From a virus (taxonomy: Duplodnaviria; Caudoviricetes), in the IMG/VR virus record IMGVR_UViG_3300014205_000182, positions 32,001-96,000 of that record: a stretch of 64,000 nt of DNA, one strand, 5' to 3'. Shown here piece by piece: positions 1 through 10,408 of this stretch. The translations under genes and the position numbers were made by a program. Numbering within the stretch: the stretch's first letter is position 1; each line of letters opens with the position of its first letter. The notes beneath the pieces were generated by a model. It saw nothing but the letters and a program-made list of their open reading frames with translations. It had not been told where the DNA came from and searched no databases.

Positions 1-1372
1 CACCGAAGCGAAGCTTAGCGACGGTGTCCGTGTCGAGCACGCCGTGCTTGATGTAGATTGCATCTACGCGTGCCTGCGCGAGACGAGCGTTCGCCTTCTG
101 CTCGTCGGTCAGCTGCCAGAGTGGATGCCACTTAACGCCCCACTTCTTCGGGATCTTGCGCTGGCGTAGGCCACGCATGATCATCTCAGCAAACAACCGA
201 ATGATAGGCCCGATTTCATCTCTCTGTAGAGACGACAACTTATCGTAGTAATAGCGAAGATCGTCTCCCATTTCGGAAGCATCGCTCTTGGCACCGCCGC
301 CCATCAACACACTTAGAGGAGTGTCAATAGTTGCAGCGAAGCGACGAGACAGTTGGTTTAGAAGGTCCGGAAGACCGGCAACGTTCACCGACTGACGTTC
401 AAACTTCTCGTTATTGTCAATCAGGATTGCGCGGGCGACAGACCGTCCGAGGTTCATCGCACGCATCTTCGCGTTGAGCTTGTCTTCCTCGCGCATCACG
501 AGGTGGTTCAGCCCCTCGATGGAGAAGACGGCCTGTGAGAAGTCAGTGACGATTAGACCGGCTGCCGACCACGCGATGTTGAAGTCACGAAGGATTTCAT
601 AGATCTGTGTGTAGATCGAGAGACCCCAGTACGCTCCACAGTCATTGTGGGTTTGTGAGTACTTAGAGATCGAACCGTCGTTGAAGATAACCAGACGCGA
701 TTCGTGGATTAGTACGTCTTTAGCTTGTGGCTTTGTGGCAGCAGTTTTTACCGAGTGGCCCTGTAGGAAACCGTTTGTGTAGCGCTGAAGCTGCCAGAGC
801 TTTACTTCACCAAACTTAGGCTCTAGCTCGTTCTCGTAGAACGTGTGCGGGGTTAGATCCATTGGCTCCAGGTTTGTGAGGAACTCAATGTTGCTGACCT
901 TACTACGGTCGAGCGGGCGATCCATTGTCTTGTTGTCTCGGACGCCAATTAGAATCGCGGCTCCTCCGAGTGCTCGCTTCTGAGCCATCGCCTTCTTGAT
1001 GACCTTGTCGACCTCTAACTCACGAAGACGGTTCTCAATCTCTTCCTTGAGATCCTCAAACTGCCCCTCGTCGGCGATGCTGATTTCGTACCCCTGACGG
1101 AAGGCGTCTTCAACCGGGCCACGGGCTGCTCGCTTGCCTAGATCATCACTTTCGTAAATCTCTGTACACTGCGTGTAACTTAGGTGAATAGGCGTGAAGT
1201 CGTGCGTGACACGCTTGTCGTGTAACGCCTGGCCGATTCCGGTGATTGCGGAACCCCAGCCGTCTAGCCTACTATCCTGCCGTGTGTTCGACTTAGGCCG
1301 ACCGCGCTTATTCCCGCTAACCCCCTTAGGAAAAGTACCCTTGGGTGTGCGAGGAGGTTCCTGATTGCTCAT
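1..1372 (-). CDS. Phage portal protein, DUF1073-like (3' end runs off the window)
   Basis: Missing from the ORF track. Manual translation from ATG 1372: MSNQEPPRTPKGTFPKGVSGNKRGRPK...DGWGSAITGIGQALHDKR...IYESDDLGKRAARGPVEDAFRQGY. The DGW..TG.G..DK start and later IHESRLVIF segment are typical of DUF1073 portals. Confidence 0.8.
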   Translation of the reverse strand, partial: MSNQEPPRTPKGTFPKGVSGNKRGRPKSNTRQDSRLDGWGSAITGIGQALHDKRVTHDFTPIHLSYTQCTEIYESDDLGKRAARGPVEDAFRQGYEISIADEGQFEDLKEEIENRLRELEVDKVIKKAMAQKRALGGAAILIGVRDNKTMDRPLDRSKVSNIEFLTNLEPMDLTPHTFYENELEPKFGEVKLWQLQRYTNGFLQGHSVKTAATKPQAKDVLIHESRLVIFNDGSISKYSQTHNDCGAYWGLSIYTQIYEILRDFNIAWSAAGLIVTDFSQAVFSIEGLNHLVMREEDKLNAKMRAMNLGRSVARAILIDNNEKFERQSVNVAGLPDLLNQLSRRFAATIDTPLSVLMGGGAKSDASEMGDDLRYYYDKLSSLQRDEIGPIIRLFAEMIMRGLRQRKIPKKWGVKWHPLWQLTDEQKANARLAQARVDAIYIKHGVLDTDTVAKLRFG

Positions 1373-1462
1373 GCACAGAGTGTGCCATGTAACCTGATCT
1401 TTGGCAGAACAGGGCCTGTTATCAGGGAGTCTCAGGGCGTCGGCCGTAGTTATCCAAGTACA

Positions 1463-1741
1463 ATGAGAGTACTAGGTAAAAACGTATTAATCCAACAGGA
1501 TGCAGCTATAAACATGTCAGCTGGAGGGCTGCATTTGATTCAAGGGAAAGAGGAATATCCAAACTTCGGGACGGTCCTTGAAATCGGTAAGGAAGTCAAG
1601 TGTGTGCAGGTAGGCGACCGCGTCGTCTTCCAGCGCAAGCCGGGTTCCGCCATCTCTCCGGAAGCACGCTCTGGTGATGAGTACTTCGGTCTTCTAGTGC
1701 TGCCCGACGAGCACATTCTGGCGGTGGTCGATGAAGGCTAA
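1463..1741 (+). CDS. groES: GroES/Cpn10 co-chaperonin
   Basis: MRVLGKNVLI..SAGGLHL..GTVLEIG..VQVGDRVVF..ILAVV matches the Cpn10 pattern. Start moved to ATG 1463. Confidence 0.85.
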   Translation: MRVLGKNVLIQQDAAINMSAGGLHLIQGKEEYPNFGTVLEIGKEVKCVQVGDRVVFQRKPGSAISPEARSGDEYFGLLVLPDEHILAVVDEG

Positions 1742-1961
1742 GGTATCGGAACTAATCCAAGAAGCGAAGAAGCGTTCGTATGAGCAGGCGATGATTCGCC
1801 ACGGACGTGAGCCCACTGTCCACGAGGTGGAGTCAGTGTTCTTCAACGCTCAACTAGCGATGATTGCTGCCCTACTATGTGAAGACGACGACATGCTAGG
1901 TGACTACTGGGCCGGGGTTATCACGGTGATTCGCGGCGGTGAGCAGTCGGAGGCGTCGTGA
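1731..1961 (+). CDS. Hypothetical protein
   Basis: Overlaps the groES stop; part of a tightly packed operon. Confidence 0.55.
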   Translation: MKAKVSELIQEAKKRSYEQAMIRHGREPTVHEVESVFFNAQLAMIAALLCEDDDMLGDYWAGVITVIRGGEQSEAS

Positions 1962-2151
1962 CGGGCGAAGAGCTTTATCGGCTAATCAAGCTGTCTTACG
2001 ACCACGTAGGCAAATACGGTCGGGAAGGCGCCCGCATTTATCGTGCGGTCGTCGAACTAGACGGACTTTTTCGCATGTGGAAGAAGCGTGCAGAGGATCT
2101 AGGTTACCGAGAGCCTGAAGACGAAAAGCCTGCTGTAGAGTAGACTTATGT

Positions 2152-2424
2152 GTGAAACCTGGTAACGGTCGCAAAGCTCAGGCTCCGTGTGGTCACCCCG
2201 GAGAAGTGGTTGTCGGTACGTTCGTAGCATGCCTCAGGGGCTGCGAGACTTCGGCTGAAGAGGCTCCATCAATCGAGCACTGCCCTTCTTGTTGGGACGA
2301 TGATGTTGATCAGGACTACGAGCTTGACCCGATCTACTTGATGTGGAACCCTGGTGCCACACGTTTCAATCGACGTTGCTGGGAGTGTGGGCATCTGTGG
2401 GTCTACTTAGGCCTTGGCCGGTAG
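2152..2424 (+). CDS. Cys-rich putative zinc-binding protein
   Basis: CGH, CxxC and CWECGH motifs. Confidence 0.5.
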   Translation: MKPGNGRKAQAPCGHPGEVVVGTFVACLRGCETSAEEAPSIEHCPSCWDDDVDQDYELDPIYLMWNPGATRFNRRCWECGHLWVYLGLGR

Positions 2425-3069
2425 GCGCGACACGACGGCCTTCGGGTCGACGGTGAACCACTTGGCTCTACGAGCCGTACCTCGGTTCAGCAGCTGCATA
2501 TCGGAGCGCTGAAGAGCAATCAGAGCGCCACTCACGCGACTCAGACGTGCTCCCGTAAAGTGCATCAACTCCTGAGTTGTCATCGGGCGCTCCGCGATTA
2601 GGCGCCTAATCTCGGCATTGAGGTCCTTGGTGCTCGCGTGATCCCCGATTCGGGCGGTCCACTGCGGGAAGTCTTCGGACCCGACATTGACAACACGCTG
2701 ATCAGAGCGCAGAGTGCGAATGGCTTCGGTGACCTTGTTCACCGATAGCCCGGTAGCTTTCGCAATGTGCATGATGTTCATCGACACCCCTTTCAGGGCT
2801 GCTTCCACTTGCTCCTTGGGCTGCCTGGGGGCGCGTGCCTGACGTGGCTGACGTGCCGTCTTGGCTTGCTCGGTGTGGTCTCCGGTACCACGAGCAATCT
2901 GAAGCTTCTCGATTAGCTCCAGGGCCTGTGCTTCAAGCTCCTTGGCCTGCTCCTGCACGATGTGAAGGTTCGCTTGAATCAACTCTACACTCTTCTCGGT
3001 CTGCATTTCCACGGTCGTCTCCTGGGTAAGGGTTGCGGTTTCAGTGATTTCATTGTCTGGATTCAGCAT
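2407..3069 (-). CDS. Coiled-coil plus tandem winged-helix DNA-binding protein
   Basis: Two HTH-like units (IAKATGLSVNKVTEAIRTL; ELMHFTGARLSRVSGALIAL), each followed by a W-containing wing. Confidence 0.6.
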   Translation of the reverse strand: MLNPDNEITETATLTQETTVEMQTEKSVELIQANLHIVQEQAKELEAQALELIEKLQIARGTGDHTEQAKTARQPRQARAPRQPKEQVEAALKGVSMNIMHIAKATGLSVNKVTEAIRTLRSDQRVVNVGSEDFPQWTARIGDHASTKDLNAEIRRLIAERPMTTQELMHFTGARLSRVSGALIALQRSDMQLLNRGTARRAKWFTVDPKAVVSRLPAKA

Positions 3070-3187
3070 GACTTCTCTCTGTGCAGATGCGGTGCCATGT
3101 TGCGTCTGTGTGGGTTCAGGGGGTTAGGCGCACCGGGGTGTGCGCCGTGTTCAAATCTTGTTGCGCAGTGCGTCTTGGGCGCACCTC

Positions 3188-3215
3188 TTGACGAGCAATC
3201 AAACGTGCTTATTGT
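3188..3215 (+). promoter_or_regulatory. Sigma-70-like promoter for a leaderless gene
   Basis: TTGACG-16 nt(...GTGCT)-TATTGT-6 nt-ATG(3222). Confidence 0.7.
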
Positions 3216-3221
3216 AGTTGC

Positions 3222-3557
3222 ATGGACGAATATGACTGGATCCTGATTGCAGAGCGAGAGATCGCTCGCCCCATTGCCTGTGAGATTCTCAACACATGCG
3301 CCTCGACACGATCAGACCGCCTGATTGCTGTAGCCGACGAGCTAGGACACGACGCCAATAGCGCCGCTGCCGTGCTGGCGGAAATGGCCTGGGGCGAAGC
3401 GGCTCTACATAGAGGGTGGGTGCAAGGCTCGAAAAACATGAAGCTGTACTATGAAATTTGTGCAGAAGCGGAGTCCTTGCTCAGGTGTGGCTGGTTTCCT
3501 GGAGAACCCGTGTTTCTCTATTATGGTGAAGGTGTGATGGTGACCACTCATGACTAA
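3222..3557 (+). CDS. Hypothetical protein
   Basis: ORF starts exactly 6 nt after a -10 box. Confidence 0.6.
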   Translation: MDEYDWILIAEREIARPIACEILNTCASTRSDRLIAVADELGHDANSAAAVLAEMAWGEAALHRGWVQGSKNMKLYYEICAEAESLLRCGWFPGEPVFLYYGEGVMVTTHD

Positions 3558-3923
3558 AGGTTGTCACGGCAAACTTCGTACCCCGCTGGGGAACCGACTA
3601 CTCGTTGCTCTTTCTACGAATCTTGAAGACCCGGAGCTTGTCGAGTGTATGGATAAGCTCAGAACGGTGCCTGCGATGGCAGGAAAGACGGAGGCTGAGA
3701 TGCGAGAGTTCCTGGAACAGTTGATTAGCAGGGTGCCAAACAAGTGCCCGGATTGTGGTGGAAAGAGTGACTAAGTACTTTATTCAGTTCAAGGGTACGT
3801 GCAAGAAGTGCAAACGTGAGGTTGACGTGGTCTCAACAAGCGCTGGCGAGGGGTTGTTCCTATCATACCACTTCAAGCCTGGCACGCTTTCTTTTTGTGA
3901 ATCTTCGCTAGAGGGGTTTAGCC

Positions 3924-4187
3924 GTGTTTGAATTTTTCTTGGTTTGGATATTGATTGCTGCTATAAGCGGCCCGCTGGTTGCTATGACGTTACATCAGGA
4001 TTACAAACGCCCAGTAAATGAGGCGGTAGCCGCAGGTCTACTAAGTGCTGCGTTTTCTCCGCTTATCTTAGTCGGCTTGTTTTGCTTTGGTTTGTACAAA
4101 GGTGTGCCTGAGATTGGGCGTGGCTTCATCGGCCTCTATAGACTGATTCCACGCAAGCCGAAGCTGCCGAAGGCGAGGGTTGTGTAA
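3924..4187 (+). CDS. Small membrane protein with C-terminal LPKARVV motif
   Basis: Two hydrophobic stretches; coupled to the next ORF. Confidence 0.6.
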   Translation: MFEFFLVWILIAAISGPLVAMTLHQDYKRPVNEAVAAGLLSAAFSPLILVGLFCFGLYKGVPEIGRGFIGLYRLIPRKPKLPKARVV

Positions 4188-4396
4188 TGTTTCCCGCACT
4201 TGTCGGTTTGTGGTTGGTTGCTGGGACCGTTGGCGTGATGTGTGTGATCTTGAGTGACGCAGGGATGCGTAGACCAGCTGAGGAGAATCTGGCACTTAGT
4301 TTGCTGATGTACCTTATCTGGCCTGTCTTCCTTGTGTGGAAGGGACTGCCCTTCCTTTGTCGTGGGTTCAAGGGGCTACTTAGGAGAGATTCATGA
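4187..4396 (+). CDS. Small membrane protein
   Basis: Two hydrophobic helices; TAATG coupling. Confidence 0.55.
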   Translation: MFPALVGLWLVAGTVGVMCVILSDAGMRRPAEENLALSLLMYLIWPVFLVWKGLPFLCRGFKGLLRRDS

Positions 4397-4631
4397 TTAC
4401 TCCAAGTGAATACAAGATAATGTGCCACAACGGTGATGCTGAGATCGAGCAAGCTATTGATGCTGCGATCCGTAACTCGTCCCGGCGAGGCATGGGCATT
4501 ACGATTCAAGTGCGTAGGCACTGGTCCCGTGAAGCCATCGACACGGTTCTACGTAGTTACCAGCTGTTAGGCTGGCGTGCGAATTATGTTGACGACTGGC
4601 GTGACGGTGATTACCTTGCACTGGAGGCACC

Positions 4632-4949
4632 GTGAAGCTAGAGCGAATCACACTGGGTACACAGCGAACGCGACGCGTTACCTTGAAGCCTGGTCAGTAC
4701 AGTGACGGGAATGAGATTGTTATTCTCAAGGAGCCGGTAGATATTGACCTGGTGGAACGTTTTCACTACCAGTGGGATGTCCTCAAAGAGGGCTCCCTTG
4801 ACTGGTACCCTTTGCGATATCTGTGGTCCACAGCTACTCCCGTCGGCCAGAAGTCTGCTCCAGAACGAACCGTAACGAAGCTAGAACTGCCTTGGTACAA
4901 GCGTTGGTTCGCTCCCAGGATTCCTCAAGCTAAGGTTGTGAAAGAGTGA
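4632..4949 (+). CDS. Hypothetical protein with C-terminal IPQAKVV motif
   Basis: GTGA overlap coupling at both ends. Confidence 0.55.
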   Translation: MKLERITLGTQRTRRVTLKPGQYSDGNEIVILKEPVDIDLVERFHYQWDVLKEGSLDWYPLRYLWSTATPVGQKSAPERTVTKLELPWYKRWFAPRIPQAKVVKE

Positions 4950-5148
4950 CCGCTATCACAATTATTCTGGTGATCTTCAGCCTGCTGTGCCTGTGTGCGT
5001 TGTTAGTCATGTGGGGCGTCATGATCGGTATGCGCATCATGTGTGAGATCTGGGCTCCGCAAGAGACCTACGAGAATCTGTACGGTCCAAAAGGTACGAT
5101 TCAGCCTGGCTGGCTTGAAACTAAAGTGTTCAAGATCCTGAGGCGCCC

Positions 5149-5535
5149 ATGAGTCGCGGTGATCTAACTCCGTACATGATTGAGGTGAATCGAGTCGCTC
5201 TGCTTCTCGAAGCGGAATGGCAACGTGTAGATCCTAAGTCCGGTGTTGCCAAGCATCCGGTTAGTTATCGTGCCAATTTCGCAGACATGGCTAAGGTCGT
5301 GGTGAACGACAATATGGCACGCGGGCTATTCCCACCAGACACTCGTGAAATCGGAGTGCGTATAGAAGAGATGTTGCGTGAGCGTCCGATGTATACGTCC
5401 GAAGTGATCACACGTTTAGGCGTCCAACATACTACGGTTATTCGCCAGAACGTTGAAGACATGATCTACGACTTTGTTCAGGCGGGCGCGATTAGTATCG
5501 ATCCTGAATCACGTTTACATTGGATTGGTGTATGA
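5149..5535 (+). CDS. Hypothetical protein, possible C-terminal winged helix
   Basis: ATGA coupling; helical C-terminal half. Confidence 0.5.
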   Translation: MSRGDLTPYMIEVNRVALLLEAEWQRVDPKSGVAKHPVSYRANFADMAKVVVNDNMARGLFPPDTREIGVRIEEMLRERPMYTSEVITRLGVQHTTVIRQNVEDMIYDFVQAGAISIDPESRLHWIGV

Positions 5536-5758
5536 AGGAATTCACACGCGATAGTATCGCTCGCCATCTCTTCGGTATCATGAACGGCGAGCGTTTCGAG
5601 AAACTGCGTTCCACGCCAGGGTATCATGCAGGCATGATGCGTCGCCCTCCTTCTACAGAAAGTGCGCTAAACGACATGTGGAAGTACTATGTCGAGCACG
5701 GGTGGGATGCTGGCTACCTGCGGTTAGCCGACGAAATAGTTTCGAAAGGATACAAGCC

Positions 5759-6022
5759 ATGAGTAAGCATGTTCAAAAAGCTACGCGTTCGGGCGCGCTG
5801 TGTAAGTGTGGGTGTGGTGGTGAAGTTCCACAGGCACCTGGTGCCGGTCGCCCCGGTGTTTGGATCCCGGGTCACAAGCCCGGTCGTGCGCTTGCACGCA
5901 ACTGTGGTTGTGGTTGTGGGTTGCCAGTAGTTCGTATGAGTGTGCGTGGACCACTGCCCAAGTTCTTCCCTGGACACTCTCCTTCTGCCAAGAAGTATCC
6001 AACCAGGAACAAGGTACCGTGA
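5759..6022 (+). CDS. Tandem CxCGCG...GH zinc-binding motif protein
   Basis: CKCGCGGEV..WIPGH and CGCGCGLPV..FFPGH. Start moved to the ATG overlapping the previous stop. Confidence 0.6.
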   Translation: MSKHVQKATRSGALCKCGCGGEVPQAPGAGRPGVWIPGHKPGRALARNCGCGCGLPVVRMSVRGPLPKFFPGHSPSAKKYPTRNKVP

Positions 6023-6555
6023 GCCAGTTAGATTTACCTGCTAACGCACTGTTACCTGGTGACGAAATCGTCGGCTGGCGTTCTCCAGGGACTACCGGCT
6101 GGAGCACTCCCAGTCAGGCTCCTGCGGGAAAGTGGACCATTGGTCACTCTAAGGATGGTGATTGGTACGACGCGCTGAGTGGCGGTTACATGTTTCCGGT
6201 GACTCACAATTACATCTTTAGAGTAAAGCGTGGTGATTCAACGGCTACTGGAGAGGTCATCATCACTGCCAACGAGATTAAGGTTGGTGATCACGTTATT
6301 GGTTATCAGAACCCGGGGGTTTCGGAGTGGCGCCTAGTCGATTGGGTTATTGCTGAGGTACCTAAACCGGGACGTAGTTATCACATTACGATTAAAGGTG
6401 AGTCCGTGATTGACACCAGTTATTCCGGGAAGATTAAGGTCATTCGCGGTACCACTAAGCCTAAGAGTCAGTGGAATGGGAAGTGTCTACTCTGCAACAA
6501 GAACACGCTGACGCTCTTCCAGTCTGTTGAGCATGAGGGTGGACAGTGTCTGTAA
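6019..6555 (+). CDS. Two-repeat beta-barrel-like protein with C-terminal Zn ribbon
   Basis: ANALLPGDEIVGWRSPG / ANEIKVGDHVIGYQNPG repeats; WNGKCLLC..VEH..C tail. Start moved to GTG 6019. Confidence 0.55.
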   Translation: MSQLDLPANALLPGDEIVGWRSPGTTGWSTPSQAPAGKWTIGHSKDGDWYDALSGGYMFPVTHNYIFRVKRGDSTATGEVIITANEIKVGDHVIGYQNPGVSEWRLVDWVIAEVPKPGRSYHITIKGESVIDTSYSGKIKVIRGTTKPKSQWNGKCLLCNKNTLTLFQSVEHEGGQCL

Positions 6556-7028
6556 CTATTATGATGGCAGACCTTGCGGACGCCGATGAACGTACTTATG
6601 GTGAGTGTGTGGAGGAGACAGTATGATTGCCCTCGTAGTCGGTTTTGTGTTGTCTTGTTGTGCTGGTTTAATCTGGCTTTTTGGTGAAGTTGAGCGAGCA
6701 GATGCTAGCCGAGATCCAGTTAAACTGGAAGTATTTGCTATCGGGCTCATGGGTGCAGCGGCTTTGATTGCGTTTGGCGTAGCTTTGCACCTGAGCTATG
6801 AGCAACCCGATCCTCCCAACTACGTTCCCATCCTAGTTCGTGTTCCACTTCAAGCGGAGATTCCGTGATCGAACTTCCTGATCCCGATCAGACCATGCTT
6901 CTTCGTAAGATAGCGCAACTAGATACGCTGCTTCGTGAGCTTCTAACAAGTTCAACCACCCCCGTCCAGTTTAATCTGGCAAGTCGGGCTATTGAACTCA
7001 ACCGTTCAATCTACACACAGGTAAATAA

Positions 7029-8147
7029 ATGATCCATCCAACTCTCTATAAGCTCAGCAGCAAAGGCGCACTACAGTCCTGGCAAATCCAGGTCGAAGGA
7101 ACTACCATTGTTACCACCCATGGTCAGGTTGGCGGGGCGCTGCAAGTTGCTCGTGACACCATCACGAAGGGTAAGAACGAAGGCAAGAAGAACGCTACTA
7201 CGCCAGAGCAGCAAGCCCTTGCGGAAGCAGAAGCAAAGTGGACCAAGCAACTCAAGAAGGGTTACGTCCAGTCCGAAGAAGCGGCTCGTGCCGGTGAAGT
7301 CGACGCGCTGATTACGGGTGGCATCTCGCCGATGCTGGCTCACAAGTTCTCGGAGCATGCAGACAAGATCACGTTCCCCTGCTACGTACAGCCCAAGTTG
7401 GATGGGCACAGGTGTATTGCTCAGGTCGATATGAAGGGTGACGTGAGTCTATGGACTCGTACGCGCAAGCCCATTCACTCGATGCCTCATATCGAGACGG
7501 CGATTGCGTCCTTAAACCTGCCGCGAGGTACAATTCTCGACGGTGAGCTTTACTCCCACACCCATAAGGACCAGTTTAGTAAGCTGACCTCGCTGATTCG
7601 TGGTTCGACTCCGAAGCCTGAAGGTGAGATTGTGGAGTATCATGTCTATGACCTGGCCTCTTCGGAGGATGACTTCTCCAACCGACACACCTCGCTCCAG
7701 TTCCTGCTCAACATGATTGGTACCGGTCCGCTGGTTCTGGTCCAGACCGAGTTTGCGAACGACGAGATCGACCTGGAAGCAGCATTTCGTGCGTACCTCG
7801 CGCAGGGTTACGAGGGTGCGATGGCCCGCAACGCCGACAGCAAGTACGAGAACAAGCGCTCGTTTGGCCTTCAGAAGGTCAAGGAGTTCATGGAGGGTGA
7901 CTTTACGGTCGTCGGCATTGAAGAGGGTCGTGGTAAGCTCGCCGGCCACGTCGGCGCGTTCGTCTTCGAGGCACCTAATGGCGAGAAGTTCCGAGCCAAG
8001 ATGAAGGGTGACACGGCTCTACTCAAGACCTATTTTGAGAACCCGGAGACGGTCATCGGTCGTCTGGCCGAGGTCCACTACTTCGAGCTTTCGGAGTATG
8101 GGATTCCCCGGTTCCCGGTTGCACACCGGTTTAAGGAGTTGCTGTGA
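7029..8147 (+). CDS. ATP-dependent DNA ligase with WGR-like N-terminal domain
   Basis: PMLA, motif I QPKLDGHR, LDGELY, YHVYD, GYEGAMAR, and a C-terminal OB fold ending in PRFP. Confidence 0.95.
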   Translation: MIHPTLYKLSSKGALQSWQIQVEGTTIVTTHGQVGGALQVARDTITKGKNEGKKNATTPEQQALAEAEAKWTKQLKKGYVQSEEAARAGEVDALITGGISPMLAHKFSEHADKITFPCYVQPKLDGHRCIAQVDMKGDVSLWTRTRKPIHSMPHIETAIASLNLPRGTILDGELYSHTHKDQFSKLTSLIRGSTPKPEGEIVEYHVYDLASSEDDFSNRHTSLQFLLNMIGTGPLVLVQTEFANDEIDLEAAFRAYLAQGYEGAMARNADSKYENKRSFGLQKVKEFMEGDFTVVGIEEGRGKLAGHVGAFVFEAPNGEKFRAKMKGDTALLKTYFENPETVIGRLAEVHYFELSEYGIPRFPVAHRFKELL

Positions 8148-8503
8148 GTAACATCAAGGTAGTTGTGCAGCGGTCAAAGTGGCTGCGTGGCGAGGGTACT
8201 TCGGCCAGTAAACTTCTTCGCCCTTCGGACGGTAAGATGTGCTGTCTTGGTTTCGCTTGCCTCGCTCTCGGTGCGACCGAAGCTCAGATTAAGGGTGCAG
8301 CCTCGCCGGCTGACGTTGTGGATGTATCCGAAAACTTGTTGCCAATTAGGCATCGAGTAAGGGAAAACGGTCGTTGGCACCCAGAAGCGATCAGTGACGC
8401 AATGGTCATCAATGATGCACAAGGTATTACCGATGCCCAGCGAGAACCCGAGTTGGTTGCGCTGCTGGCACGGGTCGGTATTGACCTGGAGTTCGTAGAC
8501 TGA
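8144..8503 (+). CDS. CCLG-family protein, copy 1
   Basis: RSKWLRGEG..LL..DGKMCCLGFAC..IND..RE..FVD; paralog of 21829-22224 and 40444-40854. Confidence 0.75.
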   Translation: MSNIKVVVQRSKWLRGEGTSASKLLRPSDGKMCCLGFACLALGATEAQIKGAASPADVVDVSENLLPIRHRVRENGRWHPEAISDAMVINDAQGITDAQREPELVALLARVGIDLEFVD

Positions 8504-8997
8504 TGTTTGGTATGTTCGACGTACTCGACGATGCGAAGAGGCTCTTTCACGACTTCCATGTGAAGGAGTGGAAGACCTTAGACATTAACTATGAGCAGCC
8601 TCGCGTGGAACGTCTGTGGGTGCAATTGGGTAGCTACCGCATCTACCTACACGTGATCCACAAGTGCAACGGTGGGGCGCTCTACCACCCTCACCCTTGG
8701 GAGTCGGCGGTCGAGATTCTCGCTGGCTCTTACCGAATGGGCCTAGGTCGTGAGATCTACGGCGAGCCTCCTGTTACTGCCACGCTGGTTCTCGGCGCCG
8801 GTTCTCAGTACGAGATGCGCGACCCTTCGGGTTGGCACTACGTCGAGCCTATCACGCCTGTGGTGCTTTCGATTATGGTTACCGGCGAGCGCTTTGCTAG
8901 GTCTATTCCTGCTTCCACGGTTCCTAAGACTTCACTCGGACCTCTGCCGGAAGGTCGTGCTGAGGAGATTTACTCGATGTTTAAGGGGTTACTATGA
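8503..8997 (+). CDS. Cupin-fold protein
   Basis: HPHPW..ILAGSY..WHYVEP cupin metal motif. Confidence 0.7.
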   Translation: MFGMFDVLDDAKRLFHDFHVKEWKTLDINYEQPRVERLWVQLGSYRIYLHVIHKCNGGALYHPHPWESAVEILAGSYRMGLGREIYGEPPVTATLVLGAGSQYEMRDPSGWHYVEPITPVVLSIMVTGERFARSIPASTVPKTSLGPLPEGRAEEIYSMFKGLL

Positions 8998-9316
8998 GCC
9001 TAGCTGAAGAACTACGCAAGATCTCCGACGCTGCTCCTGCCGAGCTACGTGCGCTCGCTAATGCAAAGGCTGCTACCGCAATCAAAGAGATTGTTGGTGC
9101 GTGTGAGCAAGCCGCACGAAAAGCGGCGGCGCTGGGCACGTACTATGCTGTTTATGCCTGCCCTCCTCCACGTATTGCTGGTGTGGAGTGGGACCCACTT
9201 GCCAAATCTATTATGGCTTATCTGATGGGACAAGGTTTTAGAGTCCATCTGGAGACTAAAGCTTCTCCGTATTCTGGTCGACAATATCTCTACATTAGAA
9301 TGGACTGGGACAAGTA

Positions 9317-9604
9317 ATGCCTAGTATTAACATCGAGCGATTTGCGAAACCGCTGCCTAACTCGGGAGATACTCGTAGAGTTTACGAGCGTGTGAAGAAG
9401 GGTTCAGTCATTTATCTTAAAGGTAAGGGCATATACGAGCTAACAACTACAGTCGAGATGGAGGTCACCAGAATATATAAGTACGGACGATGGGAGTTTG
9501 AGGATTACCATCCGGAGACTGCGCGCACTGTCACTAGTAACTGGCAACGCTTCAAACTCTGGCTGATGGGTCCTAAGCTTCCTAAGGCAAAGGCGCTGCG
9601 ATGA
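9317..9604 (+). CDS. Hypothetical protein with C-terminal LPKAKAL motif
   Basis: Operon coupling. Confidence 0.55.
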   Translation: MPSINIERFAKPLPNSGDTRRVYERVKKGSVIYLKGKGIYELTTTVEMEVTRIYKYGRWEFEDYHPETARTVTSNWQRFKLWLMGPKLPKAKALR

Positions 9605-10062
9605 AGACAATTGCTCTAGTGTTCGGCGAGATGGGTGCTGGTAAATCCTACCTAGCCCAGAAGTTCGCCAATGCCCACGATTTCACGTTCATCGAAGGTG
9701 ACGCTCTATTGCCTGTGGAGATGGCAGAGCGTGTTGCTCGATTCAAAGGTCCCGATGCTGAGATGTTGGAGGACCTGGTTTGGGCGCTGCGTATCAGCGG
9801 GGCTGCGCTAAGTCGTGCCTCTGCGCGTGGGATTGTAATCTCACAAGCACTCTATCGCGACTGTGATCGCAAGAAGATTATCGATTTCTGGAAGCGCTCC
9901 GGCTTCTTCGTCGACACGTATTGGGTACGCGCTCCGTTCTGGAAGAACCTTCGTCAGCTGTGGTCGCGTGAGCGAGGGCTGCGTTGGATCTGGTTCTGGT
10001 TAAAGAGTAAGCTTTTCTTTCAAAAGCCTACGCATTCACACGAGGTATGGGACAATGAGTAA
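9601..10062 (+). CDS. P-loop kinase (gluconate/shikimate kinase-like)
   Basis: Walker A GEMGAGKS followed by FIEGD. Confidence 0.75.
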   Translation: MKTIALVFGEMGAGKSYLAQKFANAHDFTFIEGDALLPVEMAERVARFKGPDAEMLEDLVWALRISGAALSRASARGIVISQALYRDCDRKKIIDFWKRSGFFVDTYWVRAPFWKNLRQLWSRERGLRWIWFWLKSKLFFQKPTHSHEVWDNE

Positions 10063-10408
10063 GCCACATCAAGATTCTATGGGTGTCGACATTCGCGTGG
10101 GTGACTTCCTGGTGTTTGCTGCACCGTCTGGTCGTTCGTCAGCAGAGCTACGTTTTGGGTTCGTCAAAGACCTTCGCTATGAGCGGAAGGACCCAAACGG
10201 TACGCCGAAGCTGGCTGCAATCGTCGCTGAGAAGGGGTATCTGCACGACCCAAAGGGCGGTTATGTGCGAGACCCTTCGGGCGGGCTAGTCCGTGACTGG
10301 GTGCTTTCTCGCACCGGCAGCCTGTGCTCGCTTTACACTCACTACACGCTGGTGGTTCCACCGGAGGTTGTTCCGGGTCGGATTCGTAAGATGATGGTGG
10401 AGGCATGA
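10055..10408 (+). CDS. Hypothetical SH3/KOW-like protein
   Basis: DSMGVDIRVGDFLVFA start common in phage beta-barrel proteins. Confidence 0.55.
   Translation: MSKPHQDSMGVDIRVGDFLVFAAPSGRSSAELRFGFVKDLRYERKDPNGTPKLAAIVAEKGYLHDPKGGYVRDPSGGLVRDWVLSRTGSLCSLYTHYTLVVPPEVVPGRIRKMMVEA

Noticed and set aside
1-1372. Anti-CBASS Acb1 call
   Set aside because: DUF1073 portals often receive this label automatically; the visible part shows portal motifs and I saw no 2H phosphoesterase signature.
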